This document shows positions 27,937-37,234 of a DNA stretch of 64,000 nucleotides, piece after piece. How positions within the stretch are numbered: position 1 is the first letter of the stretch; the number at the start of each line of letters is the position of its first letter. The notes under the pieces were generated by a model. That model was not told where the DNA came from. It made no database searches and worked only from the letters and a program-made list of their open reading frames with translations. Source of the DNA: an uncultured Methanomicrobiaceae archaeon. GTDB lineage: Archaea; Halobacteriota; Methanomicrobia; Methanomicrobiales; Methanomicrobiaceae. The position numbers were made by a program, and so were the translations under genes. The stretch covers positions 43,161 through 107,160 of the forward strand of contig CAYXKC010000001.1 in assembly GCA_964465295.1 (NCBI GenBank), read 5' to 3'.

Positions 27937-29170
27937 TTTTATCGAACTGATGAGAGAGAACGATCTGGTGACAGATGTCGAGGAGGAGGTATCATCACAA
28001 TATGAAGCTCCTAAGTTGGCGGCGGGAACCGATAAACTTCTCTTCTTCCATAAACTCGACGGGACACACCGCGGTGTGATGAATGTCACTGCTTCCAGGA
28101 GGGCCTTGTCACTTGCACTTGGATATGATGAGAAGGATGTTGTAAGAGAACTTGCATCAGCGGAATATAACGGCAGTGTCAATAGTGCCGGCCGGCTCAA
28201 TATGCACCACCCGGATCTATTCAGCCTCCCAATTATGCGTCATTATCCCCTCGATGCAGGCAGATACCTGACCTCTGCAATAGTATTTTCCGAATATGGA
28301 GGTGTATCGAATGCTTCTATTCACAGGATGCTCGTTTTGGATGAGAAGAGACTGGCCGCACGTCTTGTCGAGGGCCGGCATACGTATAATCTGCTAGGTG
28401 AAGCTCTTGAGAAAGGTGACACTCTTCCTGTTGCAATAACAATCGGGACTCACCCGAGAGTGACATTTGCATCATGTACGCGGGTACCGGCCGGAAAGGA
28501 GCTTGCATATGCCGCAGAACTATCCGGAGGACGGATGGATGTATTTGAATGCGGAAACGGTGTCCGTGTTCCTGATGCAGAGATAGTAATCGAAGGTTAC
28601 ATCACGGCAGAGAAGGCCGATGAAGCCCCGTTTGTCGATATAACCGGAACTTATGATCCGGTAAGACCGGCACCGGTAATCGAGATTACCGGAATGCATG
28701 TAAAGAACGATCCAATCTATCACGGTATTCTTCCGGGAGGAAACGAACATAAGCTGCTTATGGGAATGCCTTATGAACCAAAGATCTACCGTGCCGTTGG
28801 TGAGGTGACTACCGTTCGCAATGTATCGCTCACAACAGGCGGTTGCGGTTATCTTCACGGGGTCGTTCAGGTAAGGAAAAATACCCAGGGGGATGGCAAG
28901 AATGCAATTATGGCCGCATTCGCAGCTCATACATCTCTCAAGCATGTCGTGATAGTCGATGAGGATATTGATATCTATGATATGGAGGATGTAGAGTATG
29001 CAATCGCAACCCGTGTCAGGGGAGACAGGGATTTAATGGTCATCGAAGGCGCCAGGGGGTCGTCTCTTGATCCCTGCAGGGTTGGAGACGGCACCAATGT
29101 TAAAGTCGGAGTGGATGCCACGATGGTGATGGGTGAAGAGAAGAACTTTGTAAGAGCTGTGTGGGACTGA
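27926..29170 (+). CDS. UbiD-family prenyl-FMN-dependent decarboxylase (candidate trans-anhydromevalonate-5-phosphate decarboxylase)
   Basis: About 414 aa with UbiD-like blocks. The ATG at 27926 overlaps the ubiX stop by 11 nt. The specific function is inferred from the ubiX and aconitase-X neighbours. Confidence 0.8.
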   Translation: MMRDFIELMRENDLVTDVEEEVSSQYEAPKLAAGTDKLLFFHKLDGTHRGVMNVTASRRALSLALGYDEKDVVRELASAEYNGSVNSAGRLNMHHPDLFSLPIMRHYPLDAGRYLTSAIVFSEYGGVSNASIHRMLVLDEKRLAARLVEGRHTYNLLGEALEKGDTLPVAITIGTHPRVTFASCTRVPAGKELAYAAELSGGRMDVFECGNGVRVPDAEIVIEGYITAEKADEAPFVDITGTYDPVRPAPVIEITGMHVKNDPIYHGILPGGNEHKLLMGMPYEPKIYRAVGEVTTVRNVSLTTGGCGYLHGVVQVRKNTQGDGKNAIMAAFAAHTSLKHVVIVDEDIDIYDMEDVEYAIATRVRGDRDLMVIEGARGSSLDPCRVGDGTNVKVGVDATMVMGEEKNFVRAVWD

Positions 29171-29176
29171 TAAATT

Positions 29177-30340
29177 ATGCAACTGGACAGAGAAGATGAA
29201 AATATATTAGCGGGTGAGTACGGCGAGACAAGGCAGAAGATGATGGAGATCATCGTTGCACTGGGGAAGGTCTTCGGTGCAGAAGAGCTTGTCCCGATAA
29301 CAAGTGCACAGATTAGCGGTGCATCATACAAGACAATAGGGAAATGGGGTCTGGAATGGCTGAATAATCTTGATGCAAGGGTTGCCGTTCTTTCCGTCTT
29401 AAATCCTATCGGTATGCCGCGTGACAACTGGCAGGAACTGGGAATATCTCAGGAATTCGCTCACAACCAGAAAGCGGTAATGGCTGCCTACAGGAAACTC
29501 GGTGTAAAGATGGAGTGCACCTGCACCCCGTATTATCTTTATACGAACCTTACAATGCAGGATCATCTTGCATGGTCCGAGTCGTCCGCCGTATCTTATG
29601 TAAATTCCGTTATCGGCGCGAAGACGAACAGGGAGGGGGGGCCCTCCGCACTTGCGGCGGCCATTGTAGGGAAGACTCCCAAATACGGCCTTCACCTCTT
29701 CAAAAACCGCATGCCGCAGGTGACAATAGAGGTCGAGAATTCAGAGACCCTTCATGAGGGTCATTTCGGTGCAATCGGTTATCTTGTGGGGAAGGAGACC
29801 GGAAATAAGATCCCGTATTTCACGAATATACGCGCTTCAAGGGATCAGTTGAAGGCTCTTGGGGCGGCAATGGCTGCAACGGGCGCCGTTGCCCTCTATC
29901 ATGTAAAGGGGATTACACCTGAGGCAAGGCTCCCCACTTTCGCACCGGAACCCTCTGAGAAGATCGTAATCGAGGCCTCTGATATAGAATCCCTCTTTGA
30001 GGAGACGGACGTTGATGCTGTTGCAGTCGGCTGCCCCCACTGCTCGGTTGAGGAACTGAGTAAAATCTCCGAACTGCTCGGCGGCAGGGAAGTTAAAAAG
30101 CCGTTCTATATATTTACAGCTAAAGGAGTCAGGGATGCCAGTATGGAGGTTGTATCAAAGATTGAAAAGACCGGAGCAAAGGTTATCGGCGATACCTGTA
30201 TAGTGGTCTCCCCGGCGATGGACAAATTTGATACTATAATGGTTGATTCAGGAAAGGCATTTGCATATGTTCCCAATATGTGCGGGGCCCGGGCGAGGCT
30301 CGGAAGCCTTGAGGAATGCGTTGAAGAGGCTGTAAAATAA
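29177..30340 (+). CDS. Aconitase X catalytic (large) subunit, DUF521 (candidate phosphomevalonate dehydratase large subunit)
   Basis: N-terminal LDREDENILAGEYGETRQKMMEIIVALGKVFGAEELVPITSAQISG is typical of DUF521/AcnX. 387 aa, starting 7 nt after the UbiD-family stop. Confidence 0.72.
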   Translation: MQLDREDENILAGEYGETRQKMMEIIVALGKVFGAEELVPITSAQISGASYKTIGKWGLEWLNNLDARVAVLSVLNPIGMPRDNWQELGISQEFAHNQKAVMAAYRKLGVKMECTCTPYYLYTNLTMQDHLAWSESSAVSYVNSVIGAKTNREGGPSALAAAIVGKTPKYGLHLFKNRMPQVTIEVENSETLHEGHFGAIGYLVGKETGNKIPYFTNIRASRDQLKALGAAMAATGAVALYHVKGITPEARLPTFAPEPSEKIVIEASDIESLFEETDVDAVAVGCPHCSVEELSKISELLGGREVKKPFYIFTAKGVRDASMEVVSKIEKTGAKVIGDTCIVVSPAMDKFDTIMVDSGKAFAYVPNMCGARARLGSLEECVEEAVK

Positions 30341-31246
30341 TTATAACAGGGGAATATCCTCTGATCTAATCTTATACACTTTAGCAAAATGATCGGGATG
30401 GTATCTCATCTTTGCCTCTCTAAGGCCGGGGAGTCCGAGATCCGACTCCCTGTTGATGTATTTATATCTCTCTTTGACCGCTTTTGCAGTCTCGTTATTT
30501 ATTATCTTATAACTGCCGCTGCATTTCGGCAGTCCTTTCTCGAAATGAACAACAACATTCTCAGGATTTAACTCTTCATAGATCGCCATTGCAATGATAT
30601 CATCCTCGTTCTTTACAAGAATCCCTGATAGTTCAAGCTCCCTGAAGTGGTCGACTGCAAATACTGTTGCATCCATCTCATAGTTCAGGACCTTCTTCTT
30701 TTCGCACTGTTTCCATTCACACCATTTTACAAGGAATTCATGGATTTTTTCCAGGCTTTCCCCGGATATATCCTCAACTTCATAGCTACACTTCTTCCTG
30801 AATTTATTGATATGCTTCCTGATATTGACGAAGTCTTTTCCTGGCAGATCTGCGAGGGTATCTGCAGAGTAGACATAATCGAAGAAATCCCTTTCCGGAA
30901 TGATTACATCTTTGGGGATATATTTCAGGACTCTTAACATCGTCTTCCTGTCAAATATCTCGTAAGCGATATCAGTCCCGTATTTTTTTGCAAGGCTTAA
31001 TGTATCGATAAGGAGCAAATCATCAAATTCCCCAAAAGGCCCCCTGAAAGAATAATCCCCATCGATCTCTGCTGAAACGATAACCGCATCACCGGTACTG
31101 AAGTATTTATAATGAGCATATTCGGACCAGCATACCATCGTCGCGAAGGTGTTGTCGCTATGTTCCTGAGGATATTTTGAGAAAAAATTTTTGAAAAAAT
31201 CCTTATCATCTAGGGTAACGTCCCTGAAATCGTCAATATCAATCAT
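30341..31246 (-). CDS. DUF2156-domain protein (MprF C-terminal-like, dupli-GNAT fold)
   Basis: 301 aa. The N-terminal ...TLDDKDFFKNFFSKYPQEHSDNTFATMVCW pattern is typical of stand-alone DUF2156 proteins (recalled). Its start overlaps the upstream GNAT gene by 8 nt. Confidence 0.6.
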   Translation of the reverse strand: MIDIDDFRDVTLDDKDFFKNFFSKYPQEHSDNTFATMVCWSEYAHYKYFSTGDAVIVSAEIDGDYSFRGPFGEFDDLLLIDTLSLAKKYGTDIAYEIFDRKTMLRVLKYIPKDVIIPERDFFDYVYSADTLADLPGKDFVNIRKHINKFRKKCSYEVEDISGESLEKIHEFLVKWCEWKQCEKKKVLNYEMDATVFAVDHFRELELSGILVKNEDDIIAMAIYEELNPENVVVHFEKGLPKCSGSYKIINNETAKAVKERYKYINRESDLGLPGLREAKMRYHPDHFAKVYKIRSEDIPLL

Positions 31247-31679
31247 TGTCGAACCTTAGAACCATTGGAATATGATCCGTCATTGTTGAAAACCCTTCTT
31301 TCTCATAAAAATCCGAAGTCCCCGGTTCGGCAATCAGCCCTATCCAGCCAAGACCTTTTCTTCGTGACTCTTCAACAAGAGCCTTTAATATTCGCCTTCC
31401 AATACCTAAACCCCTGTAATCGGCATGGACCACAAGATCCTGGATGTAGCCGTCAGATGTTCCGTCCGAAATAACCCTCCCCATTCCGACAGCCCTGTTC
31501 TCCCCGTCTTTGGCAAGGGCGAACAGGAAACTTCCTTTAATAAGAGGCCCTATCTCAGAAGTACTCCAGGTATCCTTCCACCAGCCTCCCTGGCGGTACA
31601 GCTCAACTATTTCATCGGTATCCCACTCATTTATTATTGAGATCTCTATTTCTCCGCCTTTTTCTGCATTCATAGGCAT
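31239..31679 (-). CDS. GNAT-family N-acetyltransferase
   Basis: Contains VHADYRGLGIGRRILKALVEESRRKG (the acetyl-CoA-binding motif A). I prefer the ATG at 31679 or 31673. The track start at 31835 would overlap the divergent gene at 31755. Confidence 0.8.
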   Translation of the reverse strand: MPMNAEKGGEIEISIINEWDTDEIVELYRQGGWWKDTWSTSEIGPLIKGSFLFALAKDGENRAVGMGRVISDGTSDGYIQDLVVHADYRGLGIGRRILKALVEESRRKGLGWIGLIAEPGTSDFYEKEGFSTMTDHIPMVLRFDND

Positions 31680-31754
31680 CGTGATAATAATGATATTCTG
31701 TTTATAATATAAGAATAAATAAGGATGAATCAAATCCGGTAAGGTTGATGAATA

Positions 31755-32219
31755 ATGAATACCGAGACTCAAAAAAGGGCCCTGCTTGTGATGGGATGCC
31801 CCCAGGTCCCTGTCCAGACTCCTGCTGTGATCCATATCTCCTACAAACTCAAAGGAGAGGGATATAAACCGGTAATTGCAGGGACACCTGCAGCCAATAT
31901 GATTATAAAATTCTCAGATCCAAAAGGATACTATGCAGGAGAGCTGAAAAACCTCGATTCAGAGATTGCAAAAATAACAGAAGAGGAAGAGAGTTACGAT
32001 CTTTGTTTTGTATTTATTCATAACGATTCAGGCATCGCATATGCGGCAACTATGAATGAGATACTTGAATGTGAGATTATTCCTGTAATATTCGGAAAGG
32101 AAGCTGAAGAATTGAGCATTATGGCTGGTTTCTCATCAAGATTAATCTCGGCAGAGGCTGTTCATAATCCTAAACCTCTAATCAGCGATATAGACAGGGT
32201 GATGAAATGGGCTGTATAG
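31755..32219 (+). CDS. Methanogen-conserved hypothetical protein (DUF1890-like)
   Basis: 154 aa, beginning ALLVMGCPQVPVQTPAVIHISYKLKGEGYKPVIAGTPAA. The family name is recalled with low certainty. Confidence 0.45.
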   Translation: MNTETQKRALLVMGCPQVPVQTPAVIHISYKLKGEGYKPVIAGTPAANMIIKFSDPKGYYAGELKNLDSEIAKITEEEESYDLCFVFIHNDSGIAYAATMNEILECEIIPVIFGKEAEELSIMAGFSSRLISAEAVHNPKPLISDIDRVMKWAV

Positions 32220-32476
32220 AGAAGATGCCGTATGAAGTACTGCTTAGGAATGTAAGCTTTGGTGAATGCCGGGATTACCAGAAGAAACATTATAAAGAGC
32301 TTTACGAAGTAAAACCCGGTCATAAGATATTCGATGTTTATATCATCGGGATACCGCCGGTATATATCGCTCTTGATGGAGACGATGTAATATTTCCATA
32401 TACAAAACCCTGTCACGGGACATTCCTCCTGAAGATTAACAATCCCGAAGAAGCGGCGAAGATAAGAAAGACATAG
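32207..32476 (+). CDS. Methanogen-conserved small protein (DUF1894-like)
   Basis: 89 aa, beginning MGCIEKMPYEVLLRNVSFGECRDY. It overlaps the upstream gene by 13 nt. The family name is recalled with low certainty. Confidence 0.45.
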   Translation: MGCIEKMPYEVLLRNVSFGECRDYQKKHYKELYEVKPGHKIFDVYIIGIPPVYIALDGDDVIFPYTKPCHGTFLLKINNPEEAAKIRKT

Positions 32477-32481
32477 AAAAA

Positions 32482-33036
32482 ATGGATTTTATTTTTATTT
32501 TTGCAATAGCTATCGGACTAGCAATGGATGCCTTTGCGGTCTCTGTTTCGGCCGGAGTCTACGAAAGGTCTGAAAAGCTCCTCACTTCATTAAAGCTCGC
32601 TATTGTATTCGGCGTATTTCAGGGAGGCATGTGCGCTGTCGGCTGGTTTTTCGGGAGAGAGTTCAGTGCTCTTATATCCGGTTACGATCACTGGGTTGCT
32701 TTTATTCTGCTCTCAATAATAGGTTTAAAAATGATTTATGAAGGGATTTCAGGCAGTGAAGAGAAAACATTTGACATGACATCGCTTCCGGTTCTTCTTT
32801 TCCTGGGAGTTGCGACAAGTATTGATGCGCTTGCAGCCGGCCTTTCATTTGCTCTGTTTGATATGGGCATTCTTTTCCCTGCGGTTATTATCGGGGGGGT
32901 CACCTTTGGGATGTCATTTGCCGGAGTCTATCTTGGAGGCGGATTCGGAGATTTAATAGGGAAAAAAGCTGAAATTGTCGGGGGATGTATTCTGATTTTT
33001 CTGGGAATAAAGATTCTGGTTGAGGGTCTGTTTTAG
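32482..33036 (+). CDS. mntP: Manganese efflux pump MntP
   Basis: 184 aa, 6 TM segments, with a duplicated D-A-[FL]-A motif (MDAFAVSVS and IDALAAGLS). Confidence 0.85.
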   Translation: MDFIFIFAIAIGLAMDAFAVSVSAGVYERSEKLLTSLKLAIVFGVFQGGMCAVGWFFGREFSALISGYDHWVAFILLSIIGLKMIYEGISGSEEKTFDMTSLPVLLFLGVATSIDALAAGLSFALFDMGILFPAVIIGGVTFGMSFAGVYLGGGFGDLIGKKAEIVGGCILIFLGIKILVEGLF

Positions 33037-33068
33037 ATTATTCTTTTTTAAACAATATTCTGGATCAT

Positions 33069-34520
33069 TCATTTAACATAAGACATTATCTCATCCCTGA
33101 ACCGCTCTGCTACCTCTTTTGTATTAGCTTCAACATAAAGTCTCATGAACGGCTCGGTTCCGGATGGCCGGATAAGCGCCCAGCTTCCGTCTTTTCTGTT
33201 GATCCTGACACCATCTGTTGTGTCAATTTCTTCATCCTGAAAAGAAGCGGTCACTTTCTGCATAATCTCAGTGTGGTTGCTGCTAAATATCTTGTCTTTC
33301 AACATGACCAGTATGGGAAGCTCTTTCCGCAGTTCTGATAGAGGCTTTCCTTCAGCGGATATCAAAGACGCCATCGCCGCTGCAGTCATCCCGCCGTCGC
33401 GGCAGTGCTGGTGTCCGGGAAAGATCAATCCGCCATTCCCTTCCCCTCCGAAGACAACGTTTTCCCCCTTTTCAGCAAGTTCAATCATCTTTCTTGCAAC
33501 AGATATGCTGCCTACTTTTGTATATTCGACACGGCAGTTGTATTCGGATGCAATTATCTCGGCCGCCCTGGATGTACTTACCGGTGTTACCACAACTCCG
33601 CCGGGATTGCTGCTACAGGCGTATTTCTGCATTAGTGCAAATTCTTCGTTCTCCTCGAGGTAGTTGCCTTTGTCGTCGATGAAAACCGCCCTGTCTGCAT
33701 CGCCGTCATGTGCAACACCAAAAGCGGCGCCCGTGGAAAGGACAAGTTCAGCGAGCGGTTTCAGGCCTTCCGGGGAGGGTTCGGGGAGTCTGCCCGGGAA
33801 AAACCCGTCCATCTGCCCGTTTATTGTATGAACCCTGCATCCGATACCGGTGAGAATTCTTTCTGTCGTCAGGCATGCCGGCCCTGATCCGGGATCAACC
33901 ACTACCGTCAGCGGTTCTTTTATCTGCTTTACCCGGCTGCATATAGCAGCAATGTATTCATCAAGCATCTCCGGTGCGTATGATTCTCTGCCGGTTTCCG
34001 TCCAGTCCCTGATATCGAAGTCTCCAGAGAAGAGTACAGTTTCAAGCTTTATTGTATCATCGTCGCTGAATTCTGTGCCGTCCGAATCAATCACCTTTAC
34101 ACCGTTGTATTCCGGGGGATTGTGTGAAGCTGTTATAACCGCACCTGCATCGAAATGCAGTTTAACTATATACTGAAGTGCGGGAGTTGGAAGGATGCCG
34201 AGATCGACAACGTCGCATCCTGCAGCAAGTAGTCCCGCTTTGATAGCACATTTTAGTGACGGGCCTGATGTCCTGGTATCCATTCCTACAGCAACCTTAC
34301 CTTTTCTCAGTTTCCCAAGTGAAAGGCCGATCTTCATAACGAGATCGGGAGTCATTACCTCTCCTGCAATACCTCTTGCACCATTTGTTCCGAACAATTT
34401 CTTTTCAGGTTTGACTGAAGCCATCTTATCGATATATGATTCGTTTTGAGAAGTAGATTTGTTTTTGCATAAAGTTTGTATTGTGACGGGCGTTTCACTA
34501 ATTTTTTCATTTGCAACCAT
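33069..34520 (-). CDS. glmM: Phosphoglucosamine mutase / phosphohexomutase
   Basis: Contains TASHNPPEYNGVK (active-site Ser), GVAHDGDADR and GGEGNGG. An alternative ATG at 34424 would give a more typical 451 aa. Confidence 0.85.
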   Translation of the reverse strand: MVANEKISETPVTIQTLCKNKSTSQNESYIDKMASVKPEKKLFGTNGARGIAGEVMTPDLVMKIGLSLGKLRKGKVAVGMDTRTSGPSLKCAIKAGLLAAGCDVVDLGILPTPALQYIVKLHFDAGAVITASHNPPEYNGVKVIDSDGTEFSDDDTIKLETVLFSGDFDIRDWTETGRESYAPEMLDEYIAAICSRVKQIKEPLTVVVDPGSGPACLTTERILTGIGCRVHTINGQMDGFFPGRLPEPSPEGLKPLAELVLSTGAAFGVAHDGDADRAVFIDDKGNYLEENEEFALMQKYACSSNPGGVVVTPVSTSRAAEIIASEYNCRVEYTKVGSISVARKMIELAEKGENVVFGGEGNGGLIFPGHQHCRDGGMTAAAMASLISAEGKPLSELRKELPILVMLKDKIFSSNHTEIMQKVTASFQDEEIDTTDGVRINRKDGSWALIRPSGTEPFMRLYVEANTKEVAERFRDEIMSYVK

Positions 34521-34748
34521 GTGCCAGTTGCCGTTTTTATTAATCTGTCAATTACAGATTTTGAATATATAGCAGCAATTGCTTTAAGGCCATTTTCTTA
34601 TCTCACCGGTGCTGCCCGACCTTAGCTCCTAAATTGCGTTTTATATGACAAAAAAAGTCTTAATTGATGTTTGATGGTAGCGGTCATCTTACAGGAATGA
34701 TGGATCCCTGCCGGATAAAAAAGAGGTAAGACAGAATCGAAATGAAAA

Positions 34749-35591
34749 TTATTGTTCCGGTGAACCGGATTCTTCATCAACCGGATCGTTTTGAATATCG
34801 GCAGAATTATCTTTATCTTTTTTTATGGGATTGTTGAGGCCTGCCGATCGAAGCATCGAGGCCGCTTCGGCAACACTTCTCATTACTTCGGTAATTCTGT
34901 CTTCAATATCAATCTCGTCGTCTATATCGATCGCTGTCCCCTCGATTTCAAGCAGGAATCGTGCAATTTCGCTTGATTCAAAAAGGATATCATCCAGTTC
35001 GTCAGCAGTGAAAAATCCGCAGAGCGCCCCGTAGAAAAATGTTGCACCCGATTTGCGAACTTTTCGTTTAAACGAACTTCTTGCCTGGTTTACCGCCTGG
35101 GGCGTATATGTGTCGATCATGAAAGGAACCAGGCCGGGCAGATTCTCTCCGATGAATGTCATTTCAGCTCCTCCGCGGGTAGAGAAGTCTGCGCATAATC
35201 TTGCGATTGCCCATTCTCTTGCTGTAATATATGTATGCTTCCTGAGGAACTGGTTCACCCGCCTGTATGCCGAACCATCTACTTTCTTGAATTTTTTATA
35301 CTTGTTAATCCGTTCCAGATCTTCTTCGGAGAGACATTTTTTCACCGGGGTTTCATCATCGTTAATTTCACTTATATCTGGCAGGTTCAGTTCGTCTTCA
35401 GAATTTTCCGGTAAACTGCCTGTTTCATCATCAGGATCTTCCTCCGGGTTCTCATTTATTATATCGTTATTGGGTATATCGCCGGGTTCTATGATATTTT
35501 CATTCGTATTAATCTCCATATCTATATCTAATCGGGATTCTTCATTTATATTCTGGTGATCAAATTCCCCTTGTACAGGTTCTTCTTTCAT
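34749..35591 (-). CDS. Hypothetical protein: highly acidic disordered N-terminus plus a conserved about 170-aa C-terminal domain
   Basis: The N-terminal ~90 aa are rich in D, E and N. The C-terminal block is YRRVNQFLRKHTYITAREWAIARLCADF...PQAVNQARSSFKRKVRKSGATFFYGA. It may belong to a euryarchaeal DUF (recollection uncertain). Confidence 0.5.
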   Translation of the reverse strand: MKEEPVQGEFDHQNINEESRLDIDMEINTNENIIEPGDIPNNDIINENPEEDPDDETGSLPENSEDELNLPDISEINDDETPVKKCLSEEDLERINKYKKFKKVDGSAYRRVNQFLRKHTYITAREWAIARLCADFSTRGGAEMTFIGENLPGLVPFMIDTYTPQAVNQARSSFKRKVRKSGATFFYGALCGFFTADELDDILFESSEIARFLLEIEGTAIDIDDEIDIEDRITEVMRSVAEAASMLRSAGLNNPIKKDKDNSADIQNDPVDEESGSPEQ

Positions 35592-36059
35592 TGATCATTA
35601 TGTGGTTTTTTGTTTTATTGAATTTTTCTGGCAGTGATGCAGTTTTTTACTTCCTGTAAACCATTTTTTGTTTTTCTTTATCTGCAATTCAATATGCCGG
35701 GAATCTTGTTTAGGCCTTCGCATTAAGATATAGCATCATATGGTTTATATGAAATGCGGGAGAGTAAAAATAATTATCATAAACTTAACTCTAATAGATT
35801 TTTTTAAAAAATTATGCAAAATATAAGGTTTTTTTACCGATATTATCCTGGTTGTTCTTTACGGGGATTAACTGAACTAAAAAAGTTAAAAATATTTGTT
35901 TTTTCGTAAGATTATTGTCAATTATCTCAATTTTTAGTTATGATATGTGATTTAAGCGTATTTGCAGTAGATTTTATTGATTTTTATTTTCTGTAATTCT
36001 CGCAGGATACTCTTTGTCAATAAGGAGGTCTGATTGTCAGTTATAAACCATTAAAAGTT

Positions 36060-36986
36060 TTAAGATGAATTGTCCGGTTTTTGATTTGAAAGAGGGAAAT
36101 ACTTCCTGTATACTTCTTTTCTTTCGTCTAAATCCGTATGGAGATAAACTTCGGTGGTCTGAATTGAGCTATGGCCCAGGTTTTCCTGTACAACCCTGAG
36201 ATTTTTCGACCTGCGGTATAATTCACTGGCATAACTATGGCGTATTTTATGAGGCGTTATTCCTTTTGGCGCATATTTTTCAAAGATATGCTGGACAGTC
36301 CGCGGAGAGATATTTTTACCTGATTGTCCTTCAAACAGGGGTCCTTCAGTCTTTCCGGATGTGAAATGATTAATATCCATGAGTGTTTCCTCATCAACAA
36401 AGACTGAGCGGATCTTCCCACCTTTCCCTTTTACTCTTATTATATGGTCCTCAAAATCGATATCCTCTATTAATATAGAGCATAATTCAGAAACGCGGAC
36501 TCCTGTTGCATATATCGTTCTTATAATCAGCCGGTCTCTTTCATTTTTTATGGAGTTTAACAGAGAGATGACCTGGTTATGTTTCAGGTATTTAAGTTCC
36601 TTTTCCTTGATCTTCGGCCTGTCTATTGCAGCCATTGGGTTTGATTTTATTATTCCCTGGGTATAGCAGTACCTGTAGAAAGAACTCAGGGAAGAGATTA
36701 TTCTCTGGAGTGTTGAAGCTTTATAGCTTCTTAATGTGGTTAAAAAAGCAAGGAAATCGTTAATCATTATTGGCGTGGTGTCTATTTCGGTGTCAAGTCT
36801 GGCATTTTTTAGGTCGTTCCAGTATATAACCAGTTTATCCTGGTCCAGATTACGTCGGATCCATAAGTAGTACCCGAATTTTTTAATTGCGCCTTCATAA
36901 CTGGATATTGTTCTTGGGGAAAAATTCCGCATCCTGAGGTGATGGCTGAACCTGTTGAGCCATTCCGAGAAATAATCCCCTTCCAT
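36060..36986 (-). CDS. xerA: Tyrosine recombinase, XerA/XerC/XerD-like
   Basis: 308 aa with an N-terminal SAM-like domain (RNFSPRTISSYEGAIKKF) and a catalytic region ...ATGVRVSEL...HKIRHSYASELY...LGHSSIQTTEVYLH (R..HxxR..Y). Confidence 0.85.
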   Translation of the reverse strand: MEGDYFSEWLNRFSHHLRMRNFSPRTISSYEGAIKKFGYYLWIRRNLDQDKLVIYWNDLKNARLDTEIDTTPIMINDFLAFLTTLRSYKASTLQRIISSLSSFYRYCYTQGIIKSNPMAAIDRPKIKEKELKYLKHNQVISLLNSIKNERDRLIIRTIYATGVRVSELCSILIEDIDFEDHIIRVKGKGGKIRSVFVDEETLMDINHFTSGKTEGPLFEGQSGKNISPRTVQHIFEKYAPKGITPHKIRHSYASELYRRSKNLRVVQENLGHSSIQTTEVYLHTDLDERKEVYRKYFPLSNQKPDNSS

Positions 36987-37234
36987 GCTTTAATCTTTAA
37001 AATCTCAAAATTTAAAAGCTTTACGCAGAATATACATTCTGCGCCAAAACGTCTGACACTTCTATTATTCATTTTTTTGATGATCCCGTCAGGTGAAACG
37101 GCGGTGCGAACTCCTGATAAGGGAAAATTTTTTGAAAACCTGTACAGGTTTGGATTGGAACTTTGGTATTGGTCTTTATGATTGGATTTATCTATGGTAT
37201 CTTATACAGTGGCCTGGGGGAAGATCCATTTTGA

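Noticed and set aside
35592-36059. A replication origin (oriC) in the AT-rich spacer.
   Set aside because: There is no orc1/cdc6 gene in the window. I could find no ORB or mini-ORB-like inverted repeats, only AT richness and short recurring words.
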